Shown piece after piece: positions 1-9,023 of a stretch of 24,000 nucleotides of DNA (position 1 is its first letter; every line of letters starts with the position of its first letter). The notes under the pieces were generated by a model. The model was not told the DNA's origin and did no database searches. It saw nothing but the letters and a program-made list of their open reading frames with translations. The position numbers and the translations under genes are program-made. This DNA comes from Azoarcus sp. DD4 (GTDB lineage: Bacteria > Pseudomonadota > Gammaproteobacteria > Burkholderiales > Rhodocyclaceae): the NCBI RefSeq assembly GCF_006496635.1, contig NZ_CP022958.1, positions 2,342,700 to 2,366,699 on the forward strand, given 5' to 3'.

Positions 1-489
1 CGAGCTCACCATCAGCACCGGCTTGGCGTCGTCGATGCGGGTGGCCAGCGACCCCGCGGCGAAGCCGCCGAACACCACCGAGTGGATCGCGCCGATGCGC
101 GCGCAGGCCAGCATGGCGAAGGCCGCCTCGGCGATCATCGGCATGTAGATCAGCACCCGGTCGCCGCGCTTGACCCCGAGATCCTGGTAGATCGCCGCCA
201 TGCGCTCGACCTCGCGCTGCAGCTCGGCGAAGGAGTAGACCTTCTCCTCGTCCGTCTCGGTGGAGACGTAGATCAGCGCGCGATCGTTCGGGCGCGTGGC
301 GGCGTGGCGATCGACCGCGTTGTAGCAGAGGTTGGTCTCGCCGCCCTTGAACCACTTGACGAACGGCGGGTTGGAGAAATCGCAGATCTGTTCCGCCGGC
401 TTGTTCCAGTGCACGAGCCCGGCCTGCTCGGCCCAGAACTCTTCACGCTTGTCGATCGAGTGGCAGTGAAACTCCCGATACCTAGTCAT
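1..489 (-). CDS. prpE: propionate--CoA ligase (acetyl/propionyl-CoA synthetase family), N-terminal 163 codons; the 3' end runs off the window
   Basis: Absent from the ORF track because it is open at the window edge. My reverse-complement translation from the ATG at 489-487 gives MTRYREFHCHSIDKREEFWAEQAGLVHWNKPAEQICDFSNPPFVKWFKGGETNLCYNAVDRH...LIYMPMIAEAAFAMLACARIGAIHSVVFGGFAAGSLATRIDDAKPVLMVSS. This is collinear with the PrpE N-terminus as I remember it (FWAEQA, NPPFxxWF, TNLCxNAxDR, MPMIAEA, LACARIGAIHSVVFGGFA, RIDDAKPVL). The + strand ORF 82..522 is its antisense artefact. Confidence 0.8.
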   Translation of the reverse strand, partial: MTRYREFHCHSIDKREEFWAEQAGLVHWNKPAEQICDFSNPPFVKWFKGGETNLCYNAVDRHAATRPNDRALIYVSTETDEEKVYSFAELQREVERMAAIYQDLGVKRGDRVLIYMPMIAEAAFAMLACARIGAIHSVVFGGFAAGSLATRIDDAKPVLMVSS

Positions 490-548
490 ACATCCTCTCC
501 CTCAAAGTTGTCCTACAGTTGAAAAAGTCCAGCAGCATGGTGAGAAAC

Positions 549-782
549 TCATGCTTCCTGCCGGAACTTACCCCTTCCGCACGTTTTTTTCGGCACCGGA
601 AGCGCGCCGTCACCCGTCCTGCCGGGCGTATGCAAACCGATTTCGTCGAACAGCCCGCTCATGTTGCCCAGGATCACCTCGACGAGCCGGCGAAGCCGGC
701 GCAGCCGGTGGTCCTGCGGTACGCGGTCCTCAACGCTGATGTAGGTGGACATCGACGCTTGGGGATCTTCTCGTCCGCGCAT
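549..782 (-). pseudogene. relic of an IS5/IS1182-type transposase (N-terminal DUF772-like segment only, about 77 of about 450 aa)
   Basis: Inside ORF 549..872(-): MRGREDPQASMSTYISVEDRVPQDHRLRRLRRLVEVILGNMSGLFDEIG. This follows the usual N-terminal pattern of these transposases (MRG....LFSYV.LE.RVP.DHPLR.IR..V...L..MS..F...Y). The similarity then degrades (GRTGDGALPVPKK where GRPSIPPEKLLRA is expected) and the ORF stops. No DDE domain follows. Confidence 0.55.
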
Positions 783-886
783 GGTTCGGGGGGAAGAGTA
801 GGGACCGGGATTCATCCCGCAGTGCGCCTCAAGGTCCAAGCCCCGCAAGGGATCAGAGTTTCTCACCATCATGCTGCGCTACTAGA

Positions 887-1621
887 CTAGGCCGTCGGGG
901 ATGCCGGCATTCGAGCGAGGATGTGCCGAAACAGCTTCGTCACCAACCATCCGGTGTTGGTGGTCCATGCGGCGATCACCACCCAGTAGGCAACGAGGTA
1001 GTCGATCGCATCCGGGTCGAACGAGTGGATCAGCTGTTGGACGTCGATCACGGGTAGGAAAACGAACGGTCCGACAGCGACGATCATGAAGTGGTGGAAA
1101 TTGAGGTGGGCGAAGCGGCGCAGCCGTGCCCGTGCGTATGCGTGAGCGCCTCCGCCGGCCAGGATGTAGGCCGGTATTGCGGAAACATAGGTCACCACGT
1201 GGCCGGGGCTCGTCACCTCACTCGCCCCGGTTGCAGCATCCCGCCACGGCGTGTCGATGGCGCCCAGGGCCGCGGTGGTCACGAGCACAGCCAGAATGTG
1301 AAGCGCGAGCCACGCCACGAGGACCAGGCTGCGCCTGACCTCCTCGGCGGCCGATAGCTCGACCGCCGGGTCGCTGCTCCTTCGAATCCGGCTCCACAGC
1401 GCCAGCGCGAAGCCGCCTTCCGCAAGCCAGACCGGGATGAGCCGCAGCAGTGAGATCGACGGAACGCCGGTGGACAGCTCCGCGCCGAGAGCCCCGAACG
1501 AGCTGGCCAGGTAGAGGCCGACGGCAAACATTGCTGTTACCGCGGCCGCTGCGGCGATGACAGGGCCGGCCTCGGTTGCCCACAAACGAGCTGCAGCGAT
1601 CACGAGTGGGTTCGTGTTCAT
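887..1621 (-). CDS. hypothetical polytopic integral membrane protein (244 aa from MNTNPL...)
   Basis: ORF 887..1828(-). Only the part from the ATG at 1621 (MNTNPLVIAAARLWATEAGPVIAAAAAVTAMFAVGLYL...) looks like real protein, with several hydrophobic helices. The upstream 69 codons are Arg/Ser/Cys-rich junk and would collide with the preceding gene. I recognise no family. Confidence 0.5.
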   Translation of the reverse strand: MNTNPLVIAAARLWATEAGPVIAAAAAVTAMFAVGLYLASSFGALGAELSTGVPSISLLRLIPVWLAEGGFALALWSRIRRSSDPAVELSAAEEVRRSLVLVAWLALHILAVLVTTAALGAIDTPWRDAATGASEVTSPGHVVTYVSAIPAYILAGGGAHAYARARLRRFAHLNFHHFMIVAVGPFVFLPVIDVQQLIHSFDPDAIDYLVAYWVVIAAWTTNTGWLVTKLFRHILARMPASPTA

Positions 1622-1718
1622 CTCTTTGCGCGACCTGGAGTCAGGATGCGAACGCTTTTCACGCCTCAGCGGGGCGAAGCGCCGAGCAGCCCTTCGCCCA
1701 TTCCCCGAACCGGCCGAG

Positions 1719-3047
1719 TCAGTACAATCGGCGCGGCAACAGACCGCACTCGCGAGCCTGTCTCTCCAGGAGTTCGCGGTCGTCGGGATGCGCGATGGAT
1801 ATGAGCGCGCGCACCCTGTCTGGGACACTCTTGCCCTTGAGATTGACGATTCCGTACTCGGTGACCACGTACATCACGTCAGTACGCGGCGTAGTCACCA
1901 CCGTGCCGGGGGCGAGCCCGGAGACGATGCGCGAGCGCGGCTCGCCGCCCTTCAAGTAGCGCGACGACAGGCAGATGAACGACTTGCCGCCCTCCGACAT
2001 GAAGGCGCCGCGCACGAACTGGAGTTGGCCGCCGGTGCCCGTGCAATGCTTGAACCCGGCGCTCTCAGAGGCGACTTGTCCCATGAGGTCGATCTGCATG
2101 GCGTTGTTGATCGACACCACACCGCGGTTGCGGGCAATGTTCTCGGTGAGGTTGGTCTCGTCCACGGGCAGGCTCAGGCACATCTCGTTGCCGTCGATGA
2201 AATCGTAGGTCCGGCGGGTACCGAGGGCGAAGGTGAAGGCGATCTTGCCGCGGAACGTGCTCTTCCGCCACCCCGTGATCTTGCCTGCTTCGGCCAGGTC
2301 CACCATGCCGTCGACGAACATCTCGGTGTGTATGCCGAGGTCCTTGACCGGGCCCGTAGCCAGCGCTGAGCACACCGCGTTGGGCATGCCGCCGATGCCA
2401 ATCTGCAGGCAGGCACCGTCATCGATTTCCGGCAGAATGAGTTCCGCCACGCGGCGGTCGATCTCGGAAATCGGCGCATTCGGCAGCTCGGCGAGTGGGG
2501 CGTTGTCACCCTCGATGACGAAATCGACCTCGGAGATGTGCACAGCATTCTCGACACCGGAGCACCGCGGCATCGCCGTGCTGGTTTCCACCACGATGCG
2601 TCGGGCAGTGTCGCACGCTGCCCGGAGGTAGCTGTTGCTGGCGCCGAAATTGAAGAATCCGTGATGATCCATGGGAGTCGTCTTGATCACCAGCAGATCC
2701 GTGTCGAGGTGCTGCCTGTACAGCCGCGGCCCTTCACCGAAGTTGAATGGGATGTAACTGGTGAGGCCGTCGTCGTGCTTGCGCCTGTCGTAGCCGGAGA
2801 AGTGCCAGTTTTCGACGTGAAAGTGGTGCTGCTCGCGGTCGAGCTCGATCACTTGGCGCGGCTTGACCGAAAGCGCGTTGCGCACGCGCACGTTGCACAG
2901 CTCGTCCTTGCGCGCCGCCAAGGCGGCGTCAAGGAGGTCGGGCTGGCTGATTGCAAATCCATAGTCGACAGTCCAACCGCTCTGCACGAGAGCCGCAATT
3001 TCGTCTGCGGCCGCGGTTTTCTCGGATAGCATCTGTTCGAGATTCAT
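1719..3047 (-). CDS. acetyl-CoA hydrolase/transferase family protein (4-hydroxybutyrate/short-chain acyl-CoA:acetate CoA-transferase-like), 442 aa
   Basis: ORF 1719..3455(-) trimmed to the ATG at 3047 (MNLEQMLSEKTAAADEIAALVQSG...). Family-typical blocks are present: LQIGIGGMPNAV, GIHTEMFVDG, VVSINNAMQIDLMGQVASES, GTGGQLQFVRGA, PRTDVMYVVTEYGIVNLKGKS. The 136 upstream codons are low-complexity Arg/Ser/Pro. Confidence 0.85.
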   Translation of the reverse strand: MNLEQMLSEKTAAADEIAALVQSGWTVDYGFAISQPDLLDAALAARKDELCNVRVRNALSVKPRQVIELDREQHHFHVENWHFSGYDRRKHDDGLTSYIPFNFGEGPRLYRQHLDTDLLVIKTTPMDHHGFFNFGASNSYLRAACDTARRIVVETSTAMPRCSGVENAVHISEVDFVIEGDNAPLAELPNAPISEIDRRVAELILPEIDDGACLQIGIGGMPNAVCSALATGPVKDLGIHTEMFVDGMVDLAEAGKITGWRKSTFRGKIAFTFALGTRRTYDFIDGNEMCLSLPVDETNLTENIARNRGVVSINNAMQIDLMGQVASESAGFKHCTGTGGQLQFVRGAFMSEGGKSFICLSSRYLKGGEPRSRIVSGLAPGTVVTTPRTDVMYVVTEYGIVNLKGKSVPDRVRALISIAHPDDRELLERQARECGLLPRRLY

Positions 3048-3147
3048 TTCTTGTTTCCAAACTCCATGCTTGAATTCAACGCTTCTCCCGCCGTCGCCAC
3101 GCACGTCGCTGCGGGCGCTGCCGGCGAGCGTTTTTCGGATGCCCGTC

Positions 3148-4836
3148 TCAGGTGAGCTCGGGAAAATCCTCGTACCAGAACTCGGTCGCCCCGCGACACG
3201 AGGCATCCTTGCGCTGCTGCTCCTTCTGGCGCAGCTCGACGCGGCGGATCTTGCCGGAGATGGTCTTGGGCAGATCCGTGAACTCGAGGCGCCGCACGCG
3301 CTTGTAGGGCGCGACCTTGTCGCGGACGAAGCGGAAGATCTCGCACGCCGTGTTGCGGTCCGGGGCACTACCGGCGCGCAGGACGACGAAGGCCTTCGGG
3401 ACCGACAGTCGCACGGGGTCGGGGCTGGGCACCACCGCGGCTTCCACCACCGCATCGTGCTCGATCAGCAGGCTCTCGAGTTCGAAGGGGCTGATGCGGT
3501 AATCCGAGGACTTGAACACGTCGTCGGCACGTCCGACGTGCCAGAGGTAGCCGTCCTCGTCGATGCGTGCCACATCTCCGGTGTGGTAGTGGCCGTCGCG
3601 CATCACTTCGGCGTTCTTGGCCTCATCGCCCTGGTAGCCCTCCATTAGCCCTAGTTGCCAATGGGCGAGGGGGAGGCTCAACTCGCCCTCGACGCCGGGT
3701 TGTCCGTCGGTATCTAGCAGGACAGCGCGATAGCCCGGAAGTGGGCGGCCCATGGAGCCGTAGCGGATTGGCTGGCCTGGCGGGTTGCCAACCTGAGCGG
3801 TGGTCTCCGTTTGGCCGTAGCCGTCGCGGATGGAAAGGCCCCACGCCCTTTTCACCTGCTCGATCACTTCTGGATTGAGCGGCTCACCCGCGCTCGCGAG
3901 TTCCCGAAGCTTGACCGGCCAGTCCGCGAGATTTTCCTGTATCAGCATGCGCCACACGGTGGGTGGCGCACACAGGCTGGTCACCCCGTAGCGGGTCAGC
4001 ACGTCCAGAGTTGCCCCGGTGTTGAAGCGGGCCGCGCTGTAGACGAAGACCGTCGCCCCCGCGTTCCAGGGCGCGAAGAAGCAGCTCCAGGCATGCTTGG
4101 CCCACCCCGGCGAGCTGATATTGTAATGGAGGTCGCCGGGTTTGAGGCCAAGCCAGTACATGGTCGACAGATGGCCGACCGGGTAGCTCTGATGGGTGTG
4201 GAGCACGAGCTTGGGTTTCGAGGTTGTGCCCGAGGTGAAGTAGAGCAACAAGGGGTCGGTGGCCCGGGTTACACCGTCCGGCACGAAGCTGCTCTCTGCG
4301 TCGCGCGCACCTTCGAATTCGACCCAGCCGTCCGCCGAGCTGCCCACACAGATGCGCGTGAGCCCTTCAGCCAAGCCGGCGAATTTGTGCGTATCCTGGG
4401 CGGCGCAAAGGATGTGTGCGATGCGACCTCGGTCGATACGATCACGCAGGTCCTCCGGGGTGACCAGGGTGGTGGTCGGAACCACGACCGCCCCGAGCTT
4501 GATCGCCGCGAGTGTGGCTTCCCACAGGGGCACGACGTTGCCGAGCATGATCAGGATGTGGTCTCCGCGCTTGACACCCAAGGCGCGCAGGAAGTTGGCG
4601 ACTTGGTTCGATCGCTGCGACATCTCGCTGAAGCTGATCTTCGTCTGCGCCCCCGACTCGTCCACCAGTAACAGCGCGGTTCCGCCGGTGCGGGCCAGAC
4701 TGCCGTCGAAGTAATCGAGCGCCCAATTGAATTCATTGAGCACGGGCCAGCGAAAATCGCGATATGCGGCGTCGTAGTCGGTCCGGTGCGTCAGGAGAAA
4801 ATCCCTTGCCTCATGAAACGATTGTATCGAGTCCAT
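3148..4836 (-). CDS. AMP-dependent acyl-CoA synthetase/ligase, medium/short-chain type, 562 aa
   Basis: ORF 3148..4836(-). It carries the AMP-binding signature LLYFTSGTTSKPKLVLHTH, then DGYGQTETT, YHTGDVARIDEDGYLWHVGRADDVFKSSDYRISPFELES and the C-terminal LPKTISGKIRR. A good SD (GGAGAGGAAGG on the coding strand) precedes the ATG at 4836. Confidence 0.9.
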   Translation of the reverse strand: MDSIQSFHEARDFLLTHRTDYDAAYRDFRWPVLNEFNWALDYFDGSLARTGGTALLLVDESGAQTKISFSEMSQRSNQVANFLRALGVKRGDHILIMLGNVVPLWEATLAAIKLGAVVVPTTTLVTPEDLRDRIDRGRIAHILCAAQDTHKFAGLAEGLTRICVGSSADGWVEFEGARDAESSFVPDGVTRATDPLLLYFTSGTTSKPKLVLHTHQSYPVGHLSTMYWLGLKPGDLHYNISSPGWAKHAWSCFFAPWNAGATVFVYSAARFNTGATLDVLTRYGVTSLCAPPTVWRMLIQENLADWPVKLRELASAGEPLNPEVIEQVKRAWGLSIRDGYGQTETTAQVGNPPGQPIRYGSMGRPLPGYRAVLLDTDGQPGVEGELSLPLAHWQLGLMEGYQGDEAKNAEVMRDGHYHTGDVARIDEDGYLWHVGRADDVFKSSDYRISPFELESLLIEHDAVVEAAVVPSPDPVRLSVPKAFVVLRAGSAPDRNTACEIFRFVRDKVAPYKRVRRLEFTDLPKTISGKIRRVELRQKEQQRKDASCRGATEFWYEDFPELT

Positions 4837-5008
4837 TCCCTTCCTCTCCTCTCTCTGTATGAACTTTCTTGTGGTGTTTGCGACCTGCGACCGGAAGGCG
4901 CGCCCGTTCTCTGCCGGATAGCCGTTGTCACCGCCGCCTCGGGCGCGATCCTCGCCGCGCGACTGCAGAGTTCACGCCGTGTTTTTCTTCCCCTCGGCAT
5001 CCTCCAGG

Positions 5009-5998
5009 CTACGCGTCAGGCGGCTTGCGCAAGACGTGAAGGTAATAGGCGCCGAGACCTAGGTCGAAAACGGCCAGCTGCGAAAGACAAGCGGCGACGA
5101 AGCGACGCGCGTGATTCGGCGAGCCGAAACCGAGGGAGCTCAACAGGCGGCCAATACCTGGCAGCGATGCGACCTGAGTGAGGGGGAGCAGTGCGTAACG
5201 AGCGATGGCGGCAATCCGGCGTGCCGAATCGTAGACGGAGCGCGTCACGTCGCGCTGCTCCACCATCTCGAATCCCGCCTGGATGGCAAGCTCGCGAAAC
5301 TCGTCGGGTGTGCATGGCGCGGGAAATGTCCAGCCCGCCAGGACGTCTCTCACGTAGCCGCGCTCCTCTTCATTCTGTGGCGCGCGGCATGTGCAACCGT
5401 CCATTACGACCATCCGGCTGCCAGGCCGAAGAAGACGGTGGAGCTCGGCAAACAGCGCCGGCCGCTCGTTGGCCGGGGTGTAGCACAACGACTCGATGGC
5501 GTAGATGCCGTCGAAGGAGCAGTCGTCGAAGGGCGTAGCGAGATAGTTTCCGTGGCAAAACGTCGCATTACGGAGCGCCAATGCGTCGGCGCGACGGCGG
5601 GCCGTTTCGACTTGGGCCCGGACCACGGACATTCCGATTACTTCGCAGTCGGGCCGCAACAGGGCGATGTCGGTCGCCGCGCCGCCGATGCCACATCCCG
5701 GCTCGAAGATCAGCGGGGCGGAGACTTCTCCGACATTCAACAGGTCGAACGCCCGGCGGGTTGTGTCGCGAATCGCGTCATCGAGGCTCGCCGCGCTCGC
5801 CAAATCCCAGCCGTAGTGCAACTGCGCGGGGTGGTCACAGCCCGCCCAGCCCAGGACGATGGCAGCCAGCACCGAGCTCGGACTTGCCCACATCTTGTAG
5901 AGTCCGCCACCGATGTCGTAATGGAGGTCGAGTAGCTCTCCCGCCTTGATCGAGGCGACCGAATCGTACCCACCGTGGGGAGCGGCGTTATTTCCCAT
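5009..5998 (-). CDS. class I SAM-dependent methyltransferase, about 329 aa
   Basis: ORF 5009..6205(-). Motif I is LIFEPGCGIGGAATDIAL and post-I is EVIGMSV. FDGIYAIESLCY and LLRPGSRMVVMD follow. The start is placed at MGNNAAPHGG (ATG at 5998) because the upstream 69 codons look non-protein. The start is uncertain. Confidence 0.75.
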   Translation of the reverse strand: MGNNAAPHGGYDSVASIKAGELLDLHYDIGGGLYKMWASPSSVLAAIVLGWAGCDHPAQLHYGWDLASAASLDDAIRDTTRRAFDLLNVGEVSAPLIFEPGCGIGGAATDIALLRPDCEVIGMSVVRAQVETARRRADALALRNATFCHGNYLATPFDDCSFDGIYAIESLCYTPANERPALFAELHRLLRPGSRMVVMDGCTCRAPQNEEERGYVRDVLAGWTFPAPCTPDEFRELAIQAGFEMVEQRDVTRSVYDSARRIAAIARYALLPLTQVASLPGIGRLLSSLGFGSPNHARRFVAACLSQLAVFDLGLGAYYLHVLRKPPDA

Positions 5999-6797
5999 CG
6001 CGCCTTTGACTACCGCGTGGCCTGATCTGTTTGTCAAGAATTCGGTCCTTGTTTGTCCGCTGTCCCAACGAGTCGAGGGGCCGTGACTGATCACGCCGAT
6101 TGTGGTGGGTCGGCCGGCCACCCGCGCGGACGAGCTCGCCTCCTTGCTTCGCCGTGCCCTGAAGCAGGACCACGGTCGCGAGGGCGTCATGCAATGCGGC
6201 TTCACGAGTAATGGCCGCGCCTTCCCGCACTATCACAGCCTCGTTCCAGACGAACCAGTGGAAAAGGATGTCCTCTTCCGCAATGCCAGCCCGAAGTGGA
6301 CCCTGATCAAAAACATATTCGACATTCATCCTCAAGCTCGCTCGTTGTCCCGTCCCGTGCGCCGCAATATGCGCCTGGTCCGCTATCTGGGCCGCTTGTT
6401 GATGATTTCGAGTTCGCCCGTCGAATTCCTGTGACACCGCGGGCAGCGGCCTTCTCTATTGACGGAAAGCATGAGTCGTACCACGTGCGCTTCCCTATGC
6501 CGGAGCGCGGGCCTCTATATCGAGGTACTCCTGAGTCGTCAATAAGATCTCGGAAGCGGGGAAAAAGCTCGAGTCAGGCAGGCGGCTAGGCGTAGCGTCC
6601 TTCGCCGGAGAAACAGTTGGGCGAACAAGCGCGGCCGTGTGTTGCAGATTGATGCCGCTACGTAGCGGTTTGAAACAGCGCAACCGCTGGCCCTGTTACA
6701 CGTGCATGCCAACCGAGCTGTAGCGTACATCCCATTGCTTACGCTGATTTCGGCCCCGGTCGCCGTTTGGCAGTTGCGCGAACGGCTCCTACCTGTT

Positions 6798-7900
6798 TAT
6801 TAAGCCGGCAAACAAAAAGAATCTAGTATGATTCGGGGATGAAGAAAATCGACGCCCGCGGCCTGTCCGCCGAATCCCTGGAACTGCTTCGCCGTCAGGC
6901 GCTGACACTGCGCCGAGAGACGGCGCTCACCTGGGCCGAGATTGCCAAGGTGTGCGGCGTGTCGATCTCGACGGTGATGAAGTGGTCGCGCTGGTTTGCC
7001 GGTCAAGGCGAGGCGGCGTTTGTGCCCAAGCGGCGCGGGCTCAAGCATGGCTCGGGCCGCACGCTCACGTTGGCCCAGGAGTTGAAGCTGCGCGAGACGA
7101 TCCTTGCCGGCAATCCCGGCCAACTGAAGTTGCCGTTTGCGTTGTGGAATCGTCGCGCCGTACAGGATGCGGTGCGCCGACTCTTCGACATCGAGATGCC
7201 GATCCGCACCGTGGGCGAGTACCTGCTGCGCTGGGGTTTCACGCCGCAGCGGCCCGCACGCCAGGCGATCGAGCGTAACGACGCGGCGCTGCGCGCCTGG
7301 ATGGACCTGCACTTTCCCGAGTTGGTCGAGCGCGCCAAGCGCGAAGGCGGCGAGATCTACTGGGCCGACGAGACTGCGGTCAAACAGGACGGGCACTGGG
7401 TGCGCGGCTATGCGCCGGCCGGCCAGACCCCGGTGCTGGCGATGTCGGCGCGCTGGACGTCGATCTCGATGATCTCGGCCATCACCCAGAAGGGACTGGT
7501 GCGCTTCGCCTTCCATGAGGGCGCGATCAACAGCGACCGATTCATCACGTTCCTCGAGGCGCTCATCGCCGATGCCGGGCGCAAGGTGTTTCTCATCGTC
7601 GACAACCTCAAGGTGCACCACAGCAAGCCGGTCAAGGCCTGGGTGGCCGAGCGCGCCGAGAAAATCGAGCTCGTCTATCTGCCCTCGTACTCGCCCGAGG
7701 CGAATCCCGACGAGTATCTCAACCGCGACTTCAAGACGAACCTGCGGCAAGGCCCCGTGGCTCGAACAACCGAGCAACTGCTCAAGCTCGCCACGGGCTT
7801 CATGCGTCAGCTGCAGGCCGTCCCGGGGCGAGTCGTTTCGTACTTCAAGCACCCGGCCGTCTCGTATGTCCATATTTCCTAATTGATTGCCGGTTTAATA
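6798..7900 (+). mobile_element. IS630-family insertion sequence, apparently intact (about 1.1 kb) with imperfect terminal inverted repeats and flanking TA
   Basis: The left end is TATTAAGCCGGCAAACAAAAAG (from 6798). The reverse complement of the right end is TATTAAACCGGCAATCAATTAG (ending at 7900). They match at about 19 of 24 positions, and TA is the outermost dinucleotide on both sides (6798-6799 and 7899-7900), as expected for IS630/Tc1 TA target duplication. A single DDE transposase ORF lies inside. Confidence 0.85.
6839..7882 (+). CDS. IS630-family DDE transposase, 347 aa
   Basis: N-terminal HTH region (TWAEIAKVCGVSISTVMKWSRWF), then WNRRAVQDAV, the FTPQRPARQA linker, and catalytic blocks YWADETAV, FLIVDNLKVHHS and LPSYSPEANPDEYLN. 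The antisense ORF 6800..7873(-) is an artefact. Confidence 0.93.
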   Translation: MKKIDARGLSAESLELLRRQALTLRRETALTWAEIAKVCGVSISTVMKWSRWFAGQGEAAFVPKRRGLKHGSGRTLTLAQELKLRETILAGNPGQLKLPFALWNRRAVQDAVRRLFDIEMPIRTVGEYLLRWGFTPQRPARQAIERNDAALRAWMDLHFPELVERAKREGGEIYWADETAVKQDGHWVRGYAPAGQTPVLAMSARWTSISMISAITQKGLVRFAFHEGAINSDRFITFLEALIADAGRKVFLIVDNLKVHHSKPVKAWVAERAEKIELVYLPSYSPEANPDEYLNRDFKTNLRQGPVARTTEQLLKLATGFMRQLQAVPGRVVSYFKHPAVSYVHIS

Positions 7901-8126
7901 GCGGGTCGCGGGTTGGAAAGAGCTCGGACCGTTGGCCAACGTTTCGTGCTGTGTCAGCAGATGCCCCAATTCATCATGGGAGAACGACTGACGTAGCTAG
8001 CTACCACGGGCGATCCAACCGCGGGCTGCGCCGCGGGTTCGCCGTGCAAAATCGTTGCGGTTTGCGGTGCTCGCTGCTTTCGTCGCAGTGCGCCCGGAAA
8101 GCCTGCTGCCTCATCTCTGGCCGCTG

Positions 8127-9023
8127 TCACGGGCGGCGCTGACTAGCGGTCAGCCGCTGCGCCGGAGGGCTGCGTCTTGTCACCAAGCGCAGGAGTTCGT
8201 GGGCTCGCTGGGGGTCGAGCTGGTTCCCTGAGAAGCCGTCCGCGCGGCCGGACGACCGTTCGCCTTGCTGGCCGTCGAGTTGCTGTTGGCGACCGGCGTC
8301 GATAGCGGCGAGGTGTTTCATGTCCATGATGGTGATCGAACGTTGGTCGACCCTGATTACCCCGGCATCCCTGAGCTCCCGCAATGCGCGGGAGAAGCTT
8401 TCGTGGCTCATGCCCAGTAGGCGAGCAACGACCACCTTCGAAGTAGGCATCACCACCGTCCGCTGGGTGTTCTTGCCGTCACAAGGGATCTGGTCGAGCA
8501 AATATGCCGCGATTCGCTCCGTTGCGCGGCGGCCCGTGATAGCCCGGATGTGGCCAACCAGAGAATGAAGCGCCGTCGACAAGGCCTCAAACAAGACAGA
8601 CGCAAAGCGGTCGTCGGTGATCATGGCGGCCTGCACCGCACGCATTTGGATGCAAATCAGGGCCGTATCGCACTCGGCTTCTGCCAGGAGTCCAGCAGAC
8701 GGTGCCGCAAATAAGCACGCCGGCCAAAGGAGGCCTCCCGCCTGCACTATCTCGACGATCTTGGCTGGGCCGCGCAGGCCCAGTACAGCCACAAGCATCA
8801 CACCGCGACCAACCAAAATCAGTTGCTCGCGGAGTGGCCCGGTGGGCAGCAAGCACGATCCCTTGGCGACCACGCGGACGTCGGCGTGACTCGCCAGCAA
8901 GTCCAGTGTGTCAGCGTGCAGGTTCTGGAAGAGAGGCGACGTGGTCAGGGCGCCGGCAATATCGCAAAGGCCCGCGGCGGCCAACGCAGTCGACGTCCGA
9001 GTCTCATGGCAGAACAATTCCAA
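8127..9023 (-). CDS. Crp/Fnr-family transcriptional regulator (cNMP-binding-like domain plus C-terminal HTH), 298 aa with an extra Gln/Arg-rich tail
   Basis: ORF 8127..9023(-). SPLFQNLHADTLDLLASHADVRVVAKGSCL opens the effector domain. The HTH is VARLLGMSHESFSRALRELRDAGVI. There is no Fnr-type N-terminal Cys cluster. It is divergent from the CuMMO cluster across a 636-bp spacer. Confidence 0.85.
   Translation of the reverse strand: MELFCHETRTSTALAAAGLCDIAGALTTSPLFQNLHADTLDLLASHADVRVVAKGSCLLPTGPLREQLILVGRGVMLVAVLGLRGPAKIVEIVQAGGLLWPACLFAAPSAGLLAEAECDTALICIQMRAVQAAMITDDRFASVLFEALSTALHSLVGHIRAITGRRATERIAAYLLDQIPCDGKNTQRTVVMPTSKVVVARLLGMSHESFSRALRELRDAGVIRVDQRSITIMDMKHLAAIDAGRQQQLDGQQGERSSGRADGFSGNQLDPQRAHELLRLVTRRSPPAQRLTASQRRP

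Noticed and set aside
3048-3455. N-terminal extensions of several track ORFs (1719..3455, 887..1828, 5009..6205, 16121..16861, 18542..19429, 20315..22675, 9588..11087)
   Set aside because: The upstream parts are low-complexity Arg/Ser/Pro sequence, overlap neighbouring genes, or lack an SD. Internal ATGs preceded by good SD sequences, and followed by recognisable N-termini or signal peptides, were used instead.
4964-4979. Second sigma54-like element on the minus strand (CGGCGTGAACTCTGCA) about 130 nt upstream of the acyl-CoA synthetase gene
   Set aside because: The GG-N10-GC spacing is correct, but only about 8 of 12 consensus positions match. In a GC-rich genome this is within chance expectation.
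5988-6437. 149-aa minus-strand ORF (and the opposing 6102..6434 + ORF) as a possible gene upstream of the methyltransferase
   Set aside because: I recognise no family motif. It overlaps the methyltransferase start region, and its C-terminal half is Arg/Gln-rich filler. It is left unannotated and discussed only as part of the gene-poor region.
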